The notes under the pieces were generated by a model. That model was given only the letters and a program-made list of their open reading frames with translations, did not search any database and had not been told where the DNA came from. A DNA stretch of 64,000 bases from Lingula anatina (taxonomy: Eukaryota > Animalia > Brachiopoda), in assembly GCA_051362555.1 (NCBI GenBank), contig CM120649.1:6076001-6140000 (forward strand), given 5' to 3'. This document shows positions 36,684-50,037 of the stretch, piece after piece (the stretch's first letter is position 1; every line of letters begins with the position of its first letter). The position numbers were made by a program, and so were the translations under genes.

Positions 36684-39600
36684 ATGCACACCAAACTCCT
36701 TTTTAAACCAGTTTTATACGGATTTTCGTGCTTGGGTCTCCTGGCCGTCTTTTTATTGTTAATACAATACAGAGACTTCATGGGGGCAAATTGTGTTCTC
36801 CCTTACCAAGGAGCAGAGTTGCATTTCGCCCTCACCGCTTGCGGCAGCTCCTACACTGCAAGCTCCATCAACACTTTAAAAAGTGCGGTGCTTTTTACTC
36901 CTGATGGTGACGTCCTGAAGTTTCATGTTTTTACCGACAGAAGAGAAACCTTCGAGAAATGGGTAATGCGTCTTTCATTGTAAAAAGTCATTAAAATTTC
37001 TTCGTAGTTAAATTAGTCAGTTTCGTGCTGGGTCTGTAAATTATTCATGTTCTTGATTTTCTTCCGCTTGTCCATTTATTTCATTTATTGAGCAGTGAAA
37101 GAACACCTTGTTTAAAACCAACTCCAAACCGAATGTTTGTGTTATCTCATGTCATTGATACACTTTACAATATTCTATTTATTTTTGCAATTTGTCATTT
37201 TTCGTTTTATATTTTTATTCATTATTACTTATGTTTGGAATTGTGTTCTGAGAGATTGTTTTTATATATTCCCATATAGACTTAATCATGTTGTCTACAT
37301 CTGTTTATAACTGATATAGATTTTTTATTGCTTGGGCCTCAGTCCCGTAACTTGCAAAAGATAGTAAATGTATATCACTTTGTAATTTCAGAGAGAACAA
37401 TTACCCGCCCGATACCGTCATAGAATCAGGTTATATTTCTACCACATCAGCGAAGAGGCAAAATCCTTGACCTTCATCAAAGAGAAAGAGACGAGATCTT
37501 TACCTTGTACAACTCAAAGATTATTCTATACGGTACATGTAGGAGGATTTTATTTTGTTTATGCTTATATTTAAATGTTGTATTTTCATTAATTTCATTT
37601 TGTTTGAATACAACATTACATTTCCTTAATGCCATCTTATAAGACCTACTATGATTTCGTTCCATTGTTTATTCTTTTAATTTTTCTGAAAAATGTTGTT
37701 TTTTTTTTTGTTATGAATAGAATAACGTTTTTATCATAATGCCTATACAATTTCGTATAAAAGATAAGTAAAGTATTTAAAAGGAAGTGTATTAGTAGTA
37801 GTAAGTGTAAGTGAAGTATTAAGTATAAAATGGAAACCCTTGATTAATATCCATATTATATACATGAGTAAACTTACAGGAGGGTCTTCAGCATTTGGAT
37901 CATGTAGTCCACGTTGACACAGATATGATCTTTCTTCACGATATCAAAACTCTTCATGACAAGGGCTTTGCGGAAATGAACAACAGTCACGTAACAACGA
38001 TGTCGCAGTGCGGCCCACGTGACAGACAAAACACGTGGTATAATAAAGACGTATACACGCGGATGCCGTTTTATCCACCCGTTGGTGAGTGAACAGAAAA
38101 TTTGATCGTAAAAAACTCTTAAGTTTGACTTCCCTGACTTCTACAGGTCTGTCGTCTGTGTACCGCGTAATGAACAGTGCCTGTTTAGACTATTTCTAAT
38201 GTACCTGGTAGTTGATATTTTCCTGAAATTTAGATTATACTTAGTCTAAGATGATGACTTCTTCGATAACCCAACGAAATATATCATTAATTTCATCTTA
38301 TATTTCAAACCACTCTAAAATATAAATCTCACCATAAACATAAGAAATGGGATTACAAGCCCAAAACATAAGAAAAAACACTATAAGTTGGCTTTTATTG
38401 TTAGTGATGAAGGAAAAAACATAAACATAAGAAATGGGATTACAAGCCCAAAACATAAGAAAAAAACACTATAAGTTGGCTTTTATTGTTAGTGATGAAG
38501 GAAAAAAGAAAGGCCGTTTTGTCTACCAATTTAGAAAGTTGCTATCTTTTGACCTGAATAATTGTAAAATAAATTGTCAAATTTGTGTTGAGCGTTTACC
38601 CTAACTCAGAAAACACCTGTTGATGAAATCATTTAATACATGTATTTATCATTCCCTAGTATGGTGCTATTTAACACTGTAAGTTATATCTTTTTAGGAT
38701 TACAAGCGGGATTAATGTGGATGAACTTAACAAGGATGAGACGGATAGGATTTCAACAGTTGTGGAGAGAATCTTATGAAAAATATAATGCAGAACTCTA
38801 CCTGTACGATCAAGATATTCTCAATGCGCTTTTTGCGACGAAACCAGGTACATGTATGTTGCTACTACTTTTGATGCTTTTTTAAAATAGCCCGATTGTG
38901 ATTCTAATGCTTCGAGGATTGCAACGTTTACGAATTTATGGAGACTCTAGACGAAAAAAGGGGAATGAGAGCAAATCGACACTAGTTTCTAAAGAAAAAA
39001 AAAAAAAACTCGTTTGTTTCGTGTCATCATGTGTCAGTGGGGGAAGGGGTTAATTAGGCACTGGATCCGTCTATCATAAAGGGGGCAACCGTGCGTTGAA
39101 ACCAAACATTACAGAACCGACACATTTCAAACAGCTGCAATACAGCTAATGTGCTAAAAAGTAGTCTAAAAAAATTCTGTCCGTGCATCATGTCCTCTTT
39201 CGGGCTTTACCATATTTATTTCCAGAGTTGGTGAAAATGCTGACCACGTGTGATTGGCACTACTGGTATGCGTACTGCCAAAGTGAGGCGTACTGTACGC
39301 CAAGAAAAGTGTACGTCCTCCATGGAGTCGCGGACTCTTTTCATAAGGCAAGCTGTTATCCATTCAACACGGTCTGGGGCGTGTTTGAGAAGGTAGATTA
39401 ACATCTATATGTCAGGCCTACCCAACTACCAGACTCGGCACCTAAGGATCCTGAATTAACCGGTATATGGGACCACGCTACCCGTTTTCAAGGTGTGTGT
39501 CAGATCGCATTTCGGAGTATCAAACCCCAGAACAAATTTTGTAGCATGACTGCGGGCTCATCCACGCTCGGCTGAACAACCTTAAACTGTACTCTTACTT

Positions 39601-40016
39601 TAGAGTACTCTATTTTATTGTCTCTATGGGGATATATGGGGCTTTTACGACATTCGGTTTGAATGTTTTAATCACTTTTGATAGGGCTTTTTTTTGCATT
39701 GTATTAGATTAATGTGGCAGTCTAAGGTTCATCTAGGTGGCTTTCAAATTTATGCACCCGGTTTTAAAATCATATAGCGATTTTACGACAATCGTTTACT
39801 ATCCAATCAAGGTGACAGCCGAGCATGCCAGGGCTCATCCTGTCGGTGTTCTGGCTGATACTCCGAAATGCGATCTGACACACACCTTGAAAACGGGTAG
39901 TGTGGACCGATATACCGGTTAATTCAGGATCCTTAGGTGCCGAGTCTGGTAGTTGGGTAGGCCTGTATGTGCACTGGTGCCTTGTGTATGTTCGGATTCG
40001 TGCGAGTGTGCAAACG

Positions 40017-40069
<53 letters not shown>

Positions 40070-40754
40070 ACATGTGTGTGTAAGAGAAGGTATTAATTAC
40101 ATGTCACTTAATTCGCATTTGCATTTGCTTGTGTCCAAATAACGTAAGCGCTAGCTATCTGTAAAACTCACAGCATCTCAATACAACGAGGGTACATGTA
40201 CCTGTCATACCCTGTAATTAACACTTTGTGTTTTGTCGACTTGATATAGATGTATCCTCCCCACCTTCACATCAGAACTATTTCGTGAACCACACACGTG
40301 CTTTCTGTAAACAAAAAATAAATAAAAAAATAATTAATGAAAGAAAACAACTTTAAAAGGCTCTGGAAGCTGACGAGGGTGTGTACATATCTATACTGGC
40401 AATTTTAAATTATTCTGAATTAATTTCCATTAACTGTGGTGCAGCTGTACAATATCCGACGCAGTTTGTTTTAAGTCCCATCCTTATGCTTAGTTTTGAA
40501 CAAGTCAATGAAATATCAGTAAAAATGAAAACCTGTAATTGAAAATGAGCAGTATCTTATTTATTTATTTTATTTGTTATAAATGATATATGGTATTTCA
40601 GTTTTCTTTGGGCCAAGACATCCGAAGTCACCTGCTAGAACCATTACTGAAGGCACTCGGCAACCAAACCCAGGAAAGTCAGAATCAGTTCTGTGGCAAA
40701 TGCATAAATACTCCTACTGAGGCTTTGGTGGGAGGCTTGAAGACCTTGACATGA
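36684..40754 (+). CDS. GXYLT-like: GT8 glucoside xylosyltransferase-like, copy 1 (364 aa)
   Basis: Exons 36684-36962, 37392-37532, 37880-38084, 38698-38847, 39226-39392 and 40602-40754 are GT-AG and stay in frame. Type II TM N-terminus; motifs ACG..TLKSAVLF, PCTTQRLF, VDTD (DxD), MNLTRMR, DQDILN and LHG. Confidence 0.9.
38333..38507 (+). repeat. ~87-bp tandem duplication in intron 3
   Basis: CATAAACATAAGAAATGGGATTACAAGCCC..GATGAAGGAAAAAA occurs twice. Confidence 0.9.
39413..39965. mobile_element. MITE with ~110-bp TIRs in intron 5 of GXYLT-like copy 1
   Basis: CAGGCCTACCCAACTACCAGACTCGGCACCTAAGGATCCTGAATTAACCGGTATAT..TTCGGAGTATCA is inverted at the right end; TATGT on both flanks. Confidence 0.9.
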
Positions 40755-41157
40755 ATTTCATGTTTTTGATGAGAAGTTCATTTCCCCCAGAATCACAAAT
40801 ATTGAAAATAATGTATTTCATAAAAAAAAAGCCCTGGATAGTATTTGTAATATAATTCTAGAATAACGCATTTAGTTATTCGTTTTGTGGATAAGTAATT
40901 TTAGAAAATCTACTACATATTAAACATAAATAAAATCAAATTAAACAGAAGAACAATGCCCAATGTGTCATTTTTTAGAACAATAAAAAACACTATACTG
41001 ACATTTTTAATACGTAGAAAGCACTGTGAATTAAGGCATGACGACCTATATGAAAAGGTGGTCCAATTTTCAGTTTAAATGACTCGCGTTTTGAGGCAGT
41101 TACTTTACTACTAATATAAACTTGCTTATAATGATCAAACGCACATAAAATACTATA

Positions 41158-41398
41158 CACACACTGGACAATAGAAGTGTCACCCCTACTGAACCAATAC
41201 TTTGGGGGAGATAAATGACTATGGAATGATATGCTCCTGGTATCATTTTATTAACATCGAATTTCACAAAAAAAAAAAAAAAAATACAGTTCCATGGTAC
41301 AGCGGTTTTATACTCATTAGTCACATTATAAGTAGACCGGGCATTATAATTTTGATTACTCTGATTCAGGGGTTGACGCCTCTATTGTCCAGTGTGTG
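41158..41398. mobile_element. Tc1/mariner-like MITE, copy 2 (inverted relative to 26668-26927)
   Basis: TIR CACACACTGGACAATAGA; the interior is the reverse complement of copy 1. Confidence 0.8.
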
Positions 41399-42676
41399 TG
41401 CGTAGGGCCGAAATTACACAATGATGTTATCATGGTTACTTTGTTCCTTTTTTTTAATTTAAAGATAAATATAACATTAATGAACTAATATTGTGTTTCC
41501 ATATAGCAAAGCAGCTCTGAAAGGGACTTTTTTTATAATGTGCGCAAACACCTTAGAAACTAATGATATTTTGGCTCTCCTCCCATCCATTTCTTTGAAT
41601 AATCTTTCCACGTACCCATTTCACTCGCAACTATACTACAATTTCGAAGATTGGTTCATTGCTTTAGCTGTGCTCGTGTTTCTCTAACAGAACCACTTAC
41701 GGACATGGATTATGCACTACATGAAGTTGGGCCACTCACATCATCATTTCAGCACCATCAAACCTTAAAGTTGTAAAATTGCGTATATTAAGGGGAAAAA
41801 ACAATTCACTGATATTTTAAAGCGAGCCCTCCCCGCAAGGGTCCCGTGGACACGTAGTTTAATCGCGGGACGGGAGAGATGTTGAGTTTCCTCAGGGAAA
41901 GTATATCTCAAGCACGAACAACATGAGTGTATTTCAATTAAAGACAAACAGCTTTAATAAAGTTAGGAATCGATTATAAAATTTCAATAGCACACAAGCA
42001 AAGTTAAAGTCATTATACTTTGTTAAAGTCATTCATGTTGCTCATTTCAAAAATACATGTTAAAGTTCTCACAGAGTTCACATTTTCTTTCGGAATCCAG
42101 AACAAAATTAATACCGTTGAACAAAATTTCACATAAAAAATAATAACGGAAAAGCTACAGAGTGGGTCCAGTATTCTTTCGCGGCGCATGGCTTCATTAG
42201 ACTCCAAATTGGGCTATCTGGAAACCCGTGTAGTGTCCATACATTGTCACCCGGCTGTCAGGAATTTCCACCTACACCTCCTCATGCTTTTCGATCATCA
42301 TGACCGGCAAGAATTGCTTCATGGCCTGACGCTGAAAAAAATATAATAAAAACGCAAACAAAACCAAAGAAACTTAAAAATAACGAAACTAAATTAAGAG
42401 TTTTCCAGTTACGCTAACGCATTACTGGAGTTGCGGTCCAAAAGACAGTGATAATAAAACTCACATTTCAGCTCTGCCGTACTTCTGATTCCCTTCTTCT
42501 TTCTTCGGTTTCTCCGCTTCAACTGCAACGTTTCCCTTGCACTTTCTTTTTCTGCGACCTGCGTTACTTGTAGCCTACTACGTCCATGCTCATCATTTAA
42601 GTCTTCATTCCGTCAGCACCTCTGTTTGTTATACATTCTAAGGTCACAAGGTTACGCTAAATATGTCAGTGCTGTA

Positions 42677-42772
42677 TGACGTTACAAGATGGCGGCTCCC
42701 ATTCCCGACTGCAGGGTCTCTAGGATTACCCCTGCCGACTGTTTTCGTGGCCGTGCGATCGTAGAAATTCAG
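42677..42772 (+). promoter_or_regulatory. Putative promoter / non-coding first exon of GXYLT-like copy 2
   Basis: TGACGT and a YY1-type CAAGATGGCGGC (42685-42696) are followed by the donor CAG|GTAAAA (~42772). The same donor is conserved in copy 3 (~51991). Confidence 0.5.
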
Positions 42773-44099
42773 GTAAAAACAGTGCTAACCAGAAAAAAAA
42801 AATTACACCAAATTACAGAAAGGATCAGGGTGCTACCCTGTCACGTTACAATATGTTAGTCACATGTAGATAATACTGAAGTTAACATTTACTACATGGA
42901 ATAGGGGCCTACTGTTCTAAAACCGTAACCGTGTAGCCTGTCAATTAAAATAATGCATGCAAACAACAAAACCATGCATTTATACCATATAACTTTCGTT
43001 GGATTTCATCTACGTGGTGAAACATTTCCGAATCATAAAAGAGCATGAATCAAATGACCCGTGTGTTCATATAAGGCTTACTCAATAATAATTAATATTA
43101 TAGGCCTAACAGCGTGTAGGCTAACGATGACGGTGTGGCGTCCTGAGCAGACGACATCATGGTCTAACAATACTGAATACCACTTTTTATTGACTGTCAA
43201 GGGACAGTCGGTAATACAACAAGGTATTAAGAAACAAATTTATGTTATTATGATAGTAATAATGGGGTTTATGAATGGGCGTTAACGTGTAGGCCTACAC
43301 ATCCTCCACAAATCCAATTTGTTTGCTATAGGGGCCTATTGACGAACAGAAATAGCCTACGAGGCGGCGAGCGCAAGTAACATGTGGCCATTTGCAGTAT
43401 GAAAGACAATCTACAGCAAAAAACAGCATGGTAGGCCCATATACTCATTTAACCTAGCTTATAGTCTTAACCGATTAAGCATGTAGGTCGTATTCTTTTC
43501 TAAGATGGTCTAACATAGTTATTTATTGAAACTTCTTAAAACCTTCCTACACCACGGGCATGCATTTGCACTAACTGAAGCATGTATAGGGCCTATAGGC
43601 TATGTGTATCATATCTGAAACTAGGCCTACATGTATGTGTCATGGAACTCGTCTTCGCATCCGTGGACCCCTTTCAAATAATCCTGGATCCGACCCTGCT
43701 GTTAGAATGAAGTAGTTTTTTTTTTCAGTCAACAGCTAATATTGAGATGCCTAGCAGAGCATCTTCATCAGGGAATGAGGCTATCCAGGTGAATAGCCTC
43801 TATTCAGGAGATATAGGCTACTTGCACCCCCCCCCCCCATACACACACACTCCTATTGTTTTAGGAAAGGAAGTAGATATCAGGTAGGATAGCACCATCA
43901 TTTCTGTTGAGGGGGGGGGGGAGGCGGGGGGACTCGGCTTCGCATCCGTGTCCACCCTTCAAATAATCCTTTACTTTCCTTTCCTAAGACAATAGGAGTG
44001 TGTAGGGGGCGGGCAAGTATGAGGGAGTTATGGCAGAGCCCTTTGATTACGTTGTAATGAAAAGTAATAACAGTAAAATTGTTAATTAAGCGAAACGTA

Positions 44100-44294
44100 T
44101 ACTGACAGTCAATGAAAACGCATCAAAAAAACTTTCTTGTACTATTTTTAACGAGAATCGATTCCAACCATATAGACGAGTACAAATGCACTTGTTTGGT
44201 CATAAGAGAGTGGGCTGACCCCTCGGATGTTTAAAATTTCCGCATAACAGCTGATATTTGATAATAAATGATGCGTTTTCATTGACTGTCAGTA
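44100..44294. mobile_element. Tc1/mariner-like MITE (195 bp), present only in unit A
   Basis: Perfect 26-bp TIR TACTGACAGTCAATGAAAACGCATCA with TA TSD; the empty TA site is at 53383-53384 in unit B. Confidence 0.9.
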
Positions 44295-44569
44295 TATTTT
44301 GCATGGTTCGCGGCATGTGGCGTCGAGTAAGTACATGTATATAATAAAATATACAGTAAAGTATATAATTTTTGCAATGATATACTATCACCGAATATTT
44401 ATCACCTAGATAAACGACAACTTATAAATAGTGCATAAGGCATCTGTTAGATTTAATCTAATATGTAATTTAAATCAATGTAATTTTATTCAAACTGTTT
44501 TAATTTCTTTTTTTAGACTATTTGGTGCACCTTGCCGTTTGAAACATGACCTTCCCTATTTAGGAGATA

Positions 44570-47380
44570 ATGAACTTGAATCTCATATTTAAACCAGCTT
44601 CACATGGACTTTTTTGGTTGGGTATCATCACAGTCGTTTTATTGTTGATAAAAAACAGAAACTTCCTGGTCACTATTTCTGGACAACATCAACATGAAAC
44701 AGAATTGCATTTCGCTCTCGTCGCTTGCGGTAGCTCCTACACTGCAAGCTCCATCAACACTTTAAAAAGTGCGGTGCTTTTTACTCCTGATGATGACGTC
44801 CTAAAGTTTCATGTTTTTACAGACAGAAAAGAAGCCTTTGAGAAATGGGTAATGTAACTACCTGCAATTTATTCTAGATAACAGCCATGCGTCCTCTTTC
44901 TCAATCAACGTCTTTTAACCGTATTTCAATATCTTTCGCTACTTTAATAAACTTTAATTTAGAAATTAAGAATTAAGAATTAAAATAGAAGTCTGTCGTA
45001 ACAATTAAAATGGAAGTCTGTCGTAATACGTGTAGGATATGGTTATGTCTAATGTTTGATATATCCACAACATTTCAACCGTTTCTTTTGTTGTGATTTA
45101 AGAATGGCTAAATTTAAAACAAAACAGAAAATATTCTCTATCTCTAGATAGTGAATTATTATATAAAGATGACAAATGTATTTTCAACACGATTTCAGAG
45201 AGAACAGTTACCCGTCAAATACCGTCGTAAAATCAGATTATATTTGTACAATATCAGTGAAGAGGAAAAATCCTTGTCCTTCATAAACGAAAAGGAGATG
45301 AGGTCTTTACCATGTGCAATGCAGCGGTTATTTTATCCGGTAAGGCTAGATTAGTTTTCTTTTCGTTTTAATGAGACGTAATTTAAGAGGTGTTCTGGCA
45401 TACCGTGTACAGGTATACAGCACGGGTGACAGTTTATTATTTTATAAATAAACATTACCTGTTGCACGAAAAAAAAAAAAATAAAATAAAAATAAAATAA
45501 TAAAAATAAATTAATAAATAAAACGTATATATTATTTTGTATGTACGTAAATTTCATTTACAAAGCTAAACATGAGTGTATTTGCAGGGGAGGCTTCGTC
45601 ATATAGACCACGTGACCCATGTCGATACAGATATGATCTTTCTTCACAATATCAGAACACTTCATGACGAGGGTTTTGCGGAAATGAGCAAAAGTCACGT
45701 GACAACGATGTCACAGAACGGCCCACATGATAGGTTGAATCCGTGGTACAATAAAAATCGTTACATACGAATGCCGTTTTATCCGCCCGTCGGTGAGTGA
45801 TTTCAGTTGATTTAAAAAAACTGGTACTTCGAAAAATATAGCGCCATGACAAATCCTTGTCAGAATTTGATTTTAAAGTATTTAAGGCACATGTCTTACA
45901 TATTAAGCAATTGGCAAAGAAACGCTGGTGCTTGAACCGTTAGATGAGATCTTCAATATGATGTAAGAGCTTGTTGCAAAGCAAACGCTCAATGTATAAT
46001 GTCAATAAAGAAAATAATTGGTACGTAAACTAACTCATTATAATAGTGAGTAACAACGATTGTAAATCGAGGTGAAACTTCAGAATTGTTCTGTTGACGT
46101 TTCACATTCCTGTGCAAGTACAGTGGCGAATTTGGGGGGGTCAAGGATGTCCTGACCCCCTTCGATTAAAAAAAATCACACCAATCGTCCCCTCTTGAGA
46201 TTAAAATTTTGACTAGTTCTAATTCCTACCAAATGGCACCGTTCGCCCACTAAAACACCAAAAAATTCCCCTTCAGTGGGCCCCTAACCCCACGCCGAGG
46301 GGGGGGGGGGGGTGCGGCCTGTCATTCCTTAACCCCCCCTTCAAAATAATCCTGGATCCGTCCGTGAAATCACCTATTGGTCATCATTTGTGCACGTGAT
46401 GCTGTGAATTATTTTTTTTTCAGGATTACAGTCGGGATTAATGTGGATGAACCTGACAAGGATGAGGAGGACGCATTTTCAACAATTATGGAGAGACGCC
46501 TTTGTAAAATATAACACGGAATTCTATCTGCACGATCAAGATATTCTGAACGCCGTTTTTGCGGCAAAACCAGGTATGCTCAATTAGTCATTTAATTGGT
46601 TAATAATGCTCGATTGCGACTGATGCACTTCGACAGCTGCTTAGCTAACGGGTCTAAGGTGACACATTTACAGGATTTCAATTACTGTACACACTCCAGA
46701 AAGAAAATGAAGGAGGATGAAAAAATCTGCCTTACCTTTATTATCATCTTTGTTCTATTGAGTTTAAATTCCATTATCAAAGAATGTGTTTGGAGAACGG
46801 GTGGTTTCAATGCCAACAACCATGTGTTCGAAACGTCGTATGTACCAGTAACTGACAACATATTTAGACTCCTGCAGTGAAGTTAAAGTATGAAATTGTA
46901 TCAAAACGTATTTTTGAATAGGTGCATGAAGTGCACAGAATGTTACCACATATAATCCCTTTATTTGATTTTCATGTTTTAAAAATTAACGTATACATTT
47001 GCTTGTCAACATTGCCAGAGATGGTGAAAATGCTGACCACATGTGATTGGCACTACTGGCTTGCGTACTGTCTAAGTGAGGCGTACTGTACGCCAAGGAA
47101 AGTGTACGTACTCCATGGTATCAACTCATCATTTCACTGGAAAAGCTGTTACCCTTTTAGTACTGTCTGGGATGCATTTGAGAAGGTATAGATACAAGTG
47201 CATGTTTGTGTGTTAATTTGGTTTCGTGGGTAAACGTGTATTTATGCACGAAAATGTAAGTGCTTTTTTGCATGCGAGCGTACTGTATACATTGTAAAAT
47301 TGATTTTGGTTATTTCTTACTAAACGTTGTTGGTTTTACATGCTTGTGTGAATCACAAACACAAACATACATAAATACAC

Positions 47381-47446
<66 letters not shown>

Positions 47447-47985
47447 GCTAATGCGTCCTGACATACAGATATAAAAACAAATTATATCATGTAAAAATAA
47501 TTTGATAATTTACCATTGGTATAATTCCGTTCAGTACTGAGTACAAGTGCTCTCCTTTGGTATTATTGCCACATAAGCTTTGCATACATACAGGCGATTA
47601 TTTTTCTTTTCGGAAGCCTTCTGAGTCTTAAACAAGTGTTTACCAAAGTTCTTTTGTTATTCAGCAGCTGACGGCATCATGATAAATATTAAACCAGTCT
47701 TTCACATTTTCTCTACATACAACTGCCGTGGTAGCATCCATGCACCGATTATTGAGCACATTGTTTACCTTTTTCATATTACAAAATATAAAAATATATT
47801 CTAAATTATGATTAAATTTGTTTCTGTTTCAGTTCTCACTGGACCAAGATATCGGAAGTCACCTGTTAGAGCCATTATTGAAGGCACTTGGAAACCAAAC
47901 CAAGGAGGATCAGAATACGAACTGTGGCAAATGCATAGATACTCCTACTGAAGCTTTGGTGGGAGGCCTTAGGACCTTGATATGA
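44570..47985 (+). CDS. GXYLT-like: GT8 glucoside xylosyltransferase-like, copy 2 (364 aa)
   Basis: Exons 44570-44848, 45199-45339, 45588-45792, 46424-46573, 47019-47185 and 47833-47985 have the same sizes and phases as copy 1; motifs VDTD and HDQDILN. Confidence 0.9.
46121..46366. mobile_element. Small CAG..CTG-type MITE in intron 3, shared with copy 3 (55398-55671)
   Basis: CAGTGGCGAATTT..CCTGGATCCGTCCGTG here; CCTGGATTCGCCCCTG in the paralog. Confidence 0.55.
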
Positions 47986-50037
47986 ATGCCAAGCTTCCAC
48001 ATGACCAGAAACTTATTTCCCCAGTCTCACAAACAATGGGTATCATTTATCAGATGCTAAAGGCAGGAACGGTTATTTTCGCAGCAGTTTTAGACAACAT
48101 TTATAAAAAAACTTCTGCGGATTATCGATAATTAAATAAGATGAAAAAACAAGTATATTCAAGAACGTCACATCAGTGACAATTACAAGGGTGTTCTACC
48201 GGGAGAAAAAAAAACTTCTAAATATGGTCAATTTTTAGTTCCATAAACAGTATATTTCAAAAGCATGTTTCACCAATGATAAAAACAGTAAGTGATCCAT
48301 CGATCTCATTAACATATAAATAAAACGGTGTCAAAGGAATAGGGGATGGTGTACTTAGTAAGAAGTGGGAAGGTCTAACACTGAAGTGACATTTGCCCTT
48401 TGCTTAATGTACGGATTCAAACAGCACAGCATAGCTTAAGGTAACTGGTATATCTAAATCTGGGCTAAGCTCTCCTAAAATAACATACCATGAGGTTTTA
48501 TCTAAAATGTATGGTTTTCAGCTCGTTTTCACCACACATTTAATACTTAATTTTAACGGCCTTGTGTTCATAGCGCATAGGCTTTATAGCAAAGTAGCAT
48601 TTCATTTAAACACAACCCAAGAGCACAGTAGGTGTACATATGACTTAACTATATGGCGAGAATACTTAGTCATTGATAGTAGTGTACCTATATTTGTCCA
48701 CTATCTCCTCTGGTACGGTGGTACATTTTCAACAAATCAGTGTATATATAAATTATATGCCGCCTAGAAGAAATGCCAGTTCTCTGGCGTATAAGCTTCG
48801 TGCATGGTCCGTACTAATATATACCGTATTCATGTTGGATGATAAGGAGTGATGCATGATTAACATGTCCCAATTTCAACATGACCCAACAGTCATTTCT
48901 TCAGAGGTTTATGTGTACGTAGGTCAATATAATCTTGCTGCACATCCACGTCACCTTATTCCACCACAGCTCAGCGAATGTGCGTCGCCTGCAAATGTGT
49001 TACCTACTTGCTCATTCAACAAGGTTGCTGCGGAGAGATATCACTGAAAGGGGACAATCACGACAGAAGAGGAATAAGTCTCCAGCCACTTTATCTGGCA
49101 GGTAAGACGAGCCAGATTTCCTTCTGTCACAATCATTGTGGTTTAAAATATATAGCTTCGATTTAAGCAAGACTGTTACTCAGTGCGCGTATAACCCGTA
49201 TAATTGTACGCATGTATAAATGCATCAAAGTCGGGTTGTAGCGCTAGCATATTTCATCAAATAAGTGCGAATACACGTACATGTACTGGTAACTTATGAG
49301 TGACTATACAAGGATGCCTTGACTGTGCCGGTATATCTGTCTTAACCTTATAAAACTGAATATCGTATGACATGGAAGTCGATTACATGTACGTGTGCTA
49401 CATAACCTTGATCATAACGGGTCGGGTTGCGCGAGTGACATTTGCGGCTCACATGTACTAGTGCATTGGTTGTTGTCATGCAAATAGACTGTCCTGTGCT
49501 ACATGTTCAAACTTTGGTGCCCTTTGAGTTGTTAAGGTAAGCCCGGTCTTAAGATTTATCCACTTACGTCACGCTAACCCTAACCTGTTTAAATCTAATT
49601 GAGGACGGGCTCTCTGTAGCTAAAGGGCTCGGGAGCAGACGACGAGATGCACTGTTAATGCACAACAGTGAATCTGTGGAAAAAATCGAGTATTTGTGAC
49701 TGGTAATTGCACTATTTTATGTGCTAGGAAGTTGTCATTTGAGCAATAATGTTAGGGTGTGTTCACAAAGGGTTCTTCTAGTGATATTATTGGAACAGTT
49801 AAGTCGTTGACTGCGCCAGGAAATAATGTTTCAATGTTTCACACAGTGTTGCATGCTATTTAGTGCCACTGGCCACTTATTGCCGGGCAGTCGGGTCAAA
49901 AAGCTGCCCATGACGTCACATCTATTCCATGATGCCAACACAAGTCTAAATGTAACATGATATGGTATAATCGTTTGTCTTTCTTTTAGGTCTCCAGCAT
50001 AAGAGAACGTGCTCAGCGCTTCTTATTTTCGGAAAAC

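Noticed and set aside
48507-49047. ORFs repeated at 57722-58265
   Set aside because: Their similarity is explained by the recent segmental duplication; stops differ between copies and no domain is recognisable.
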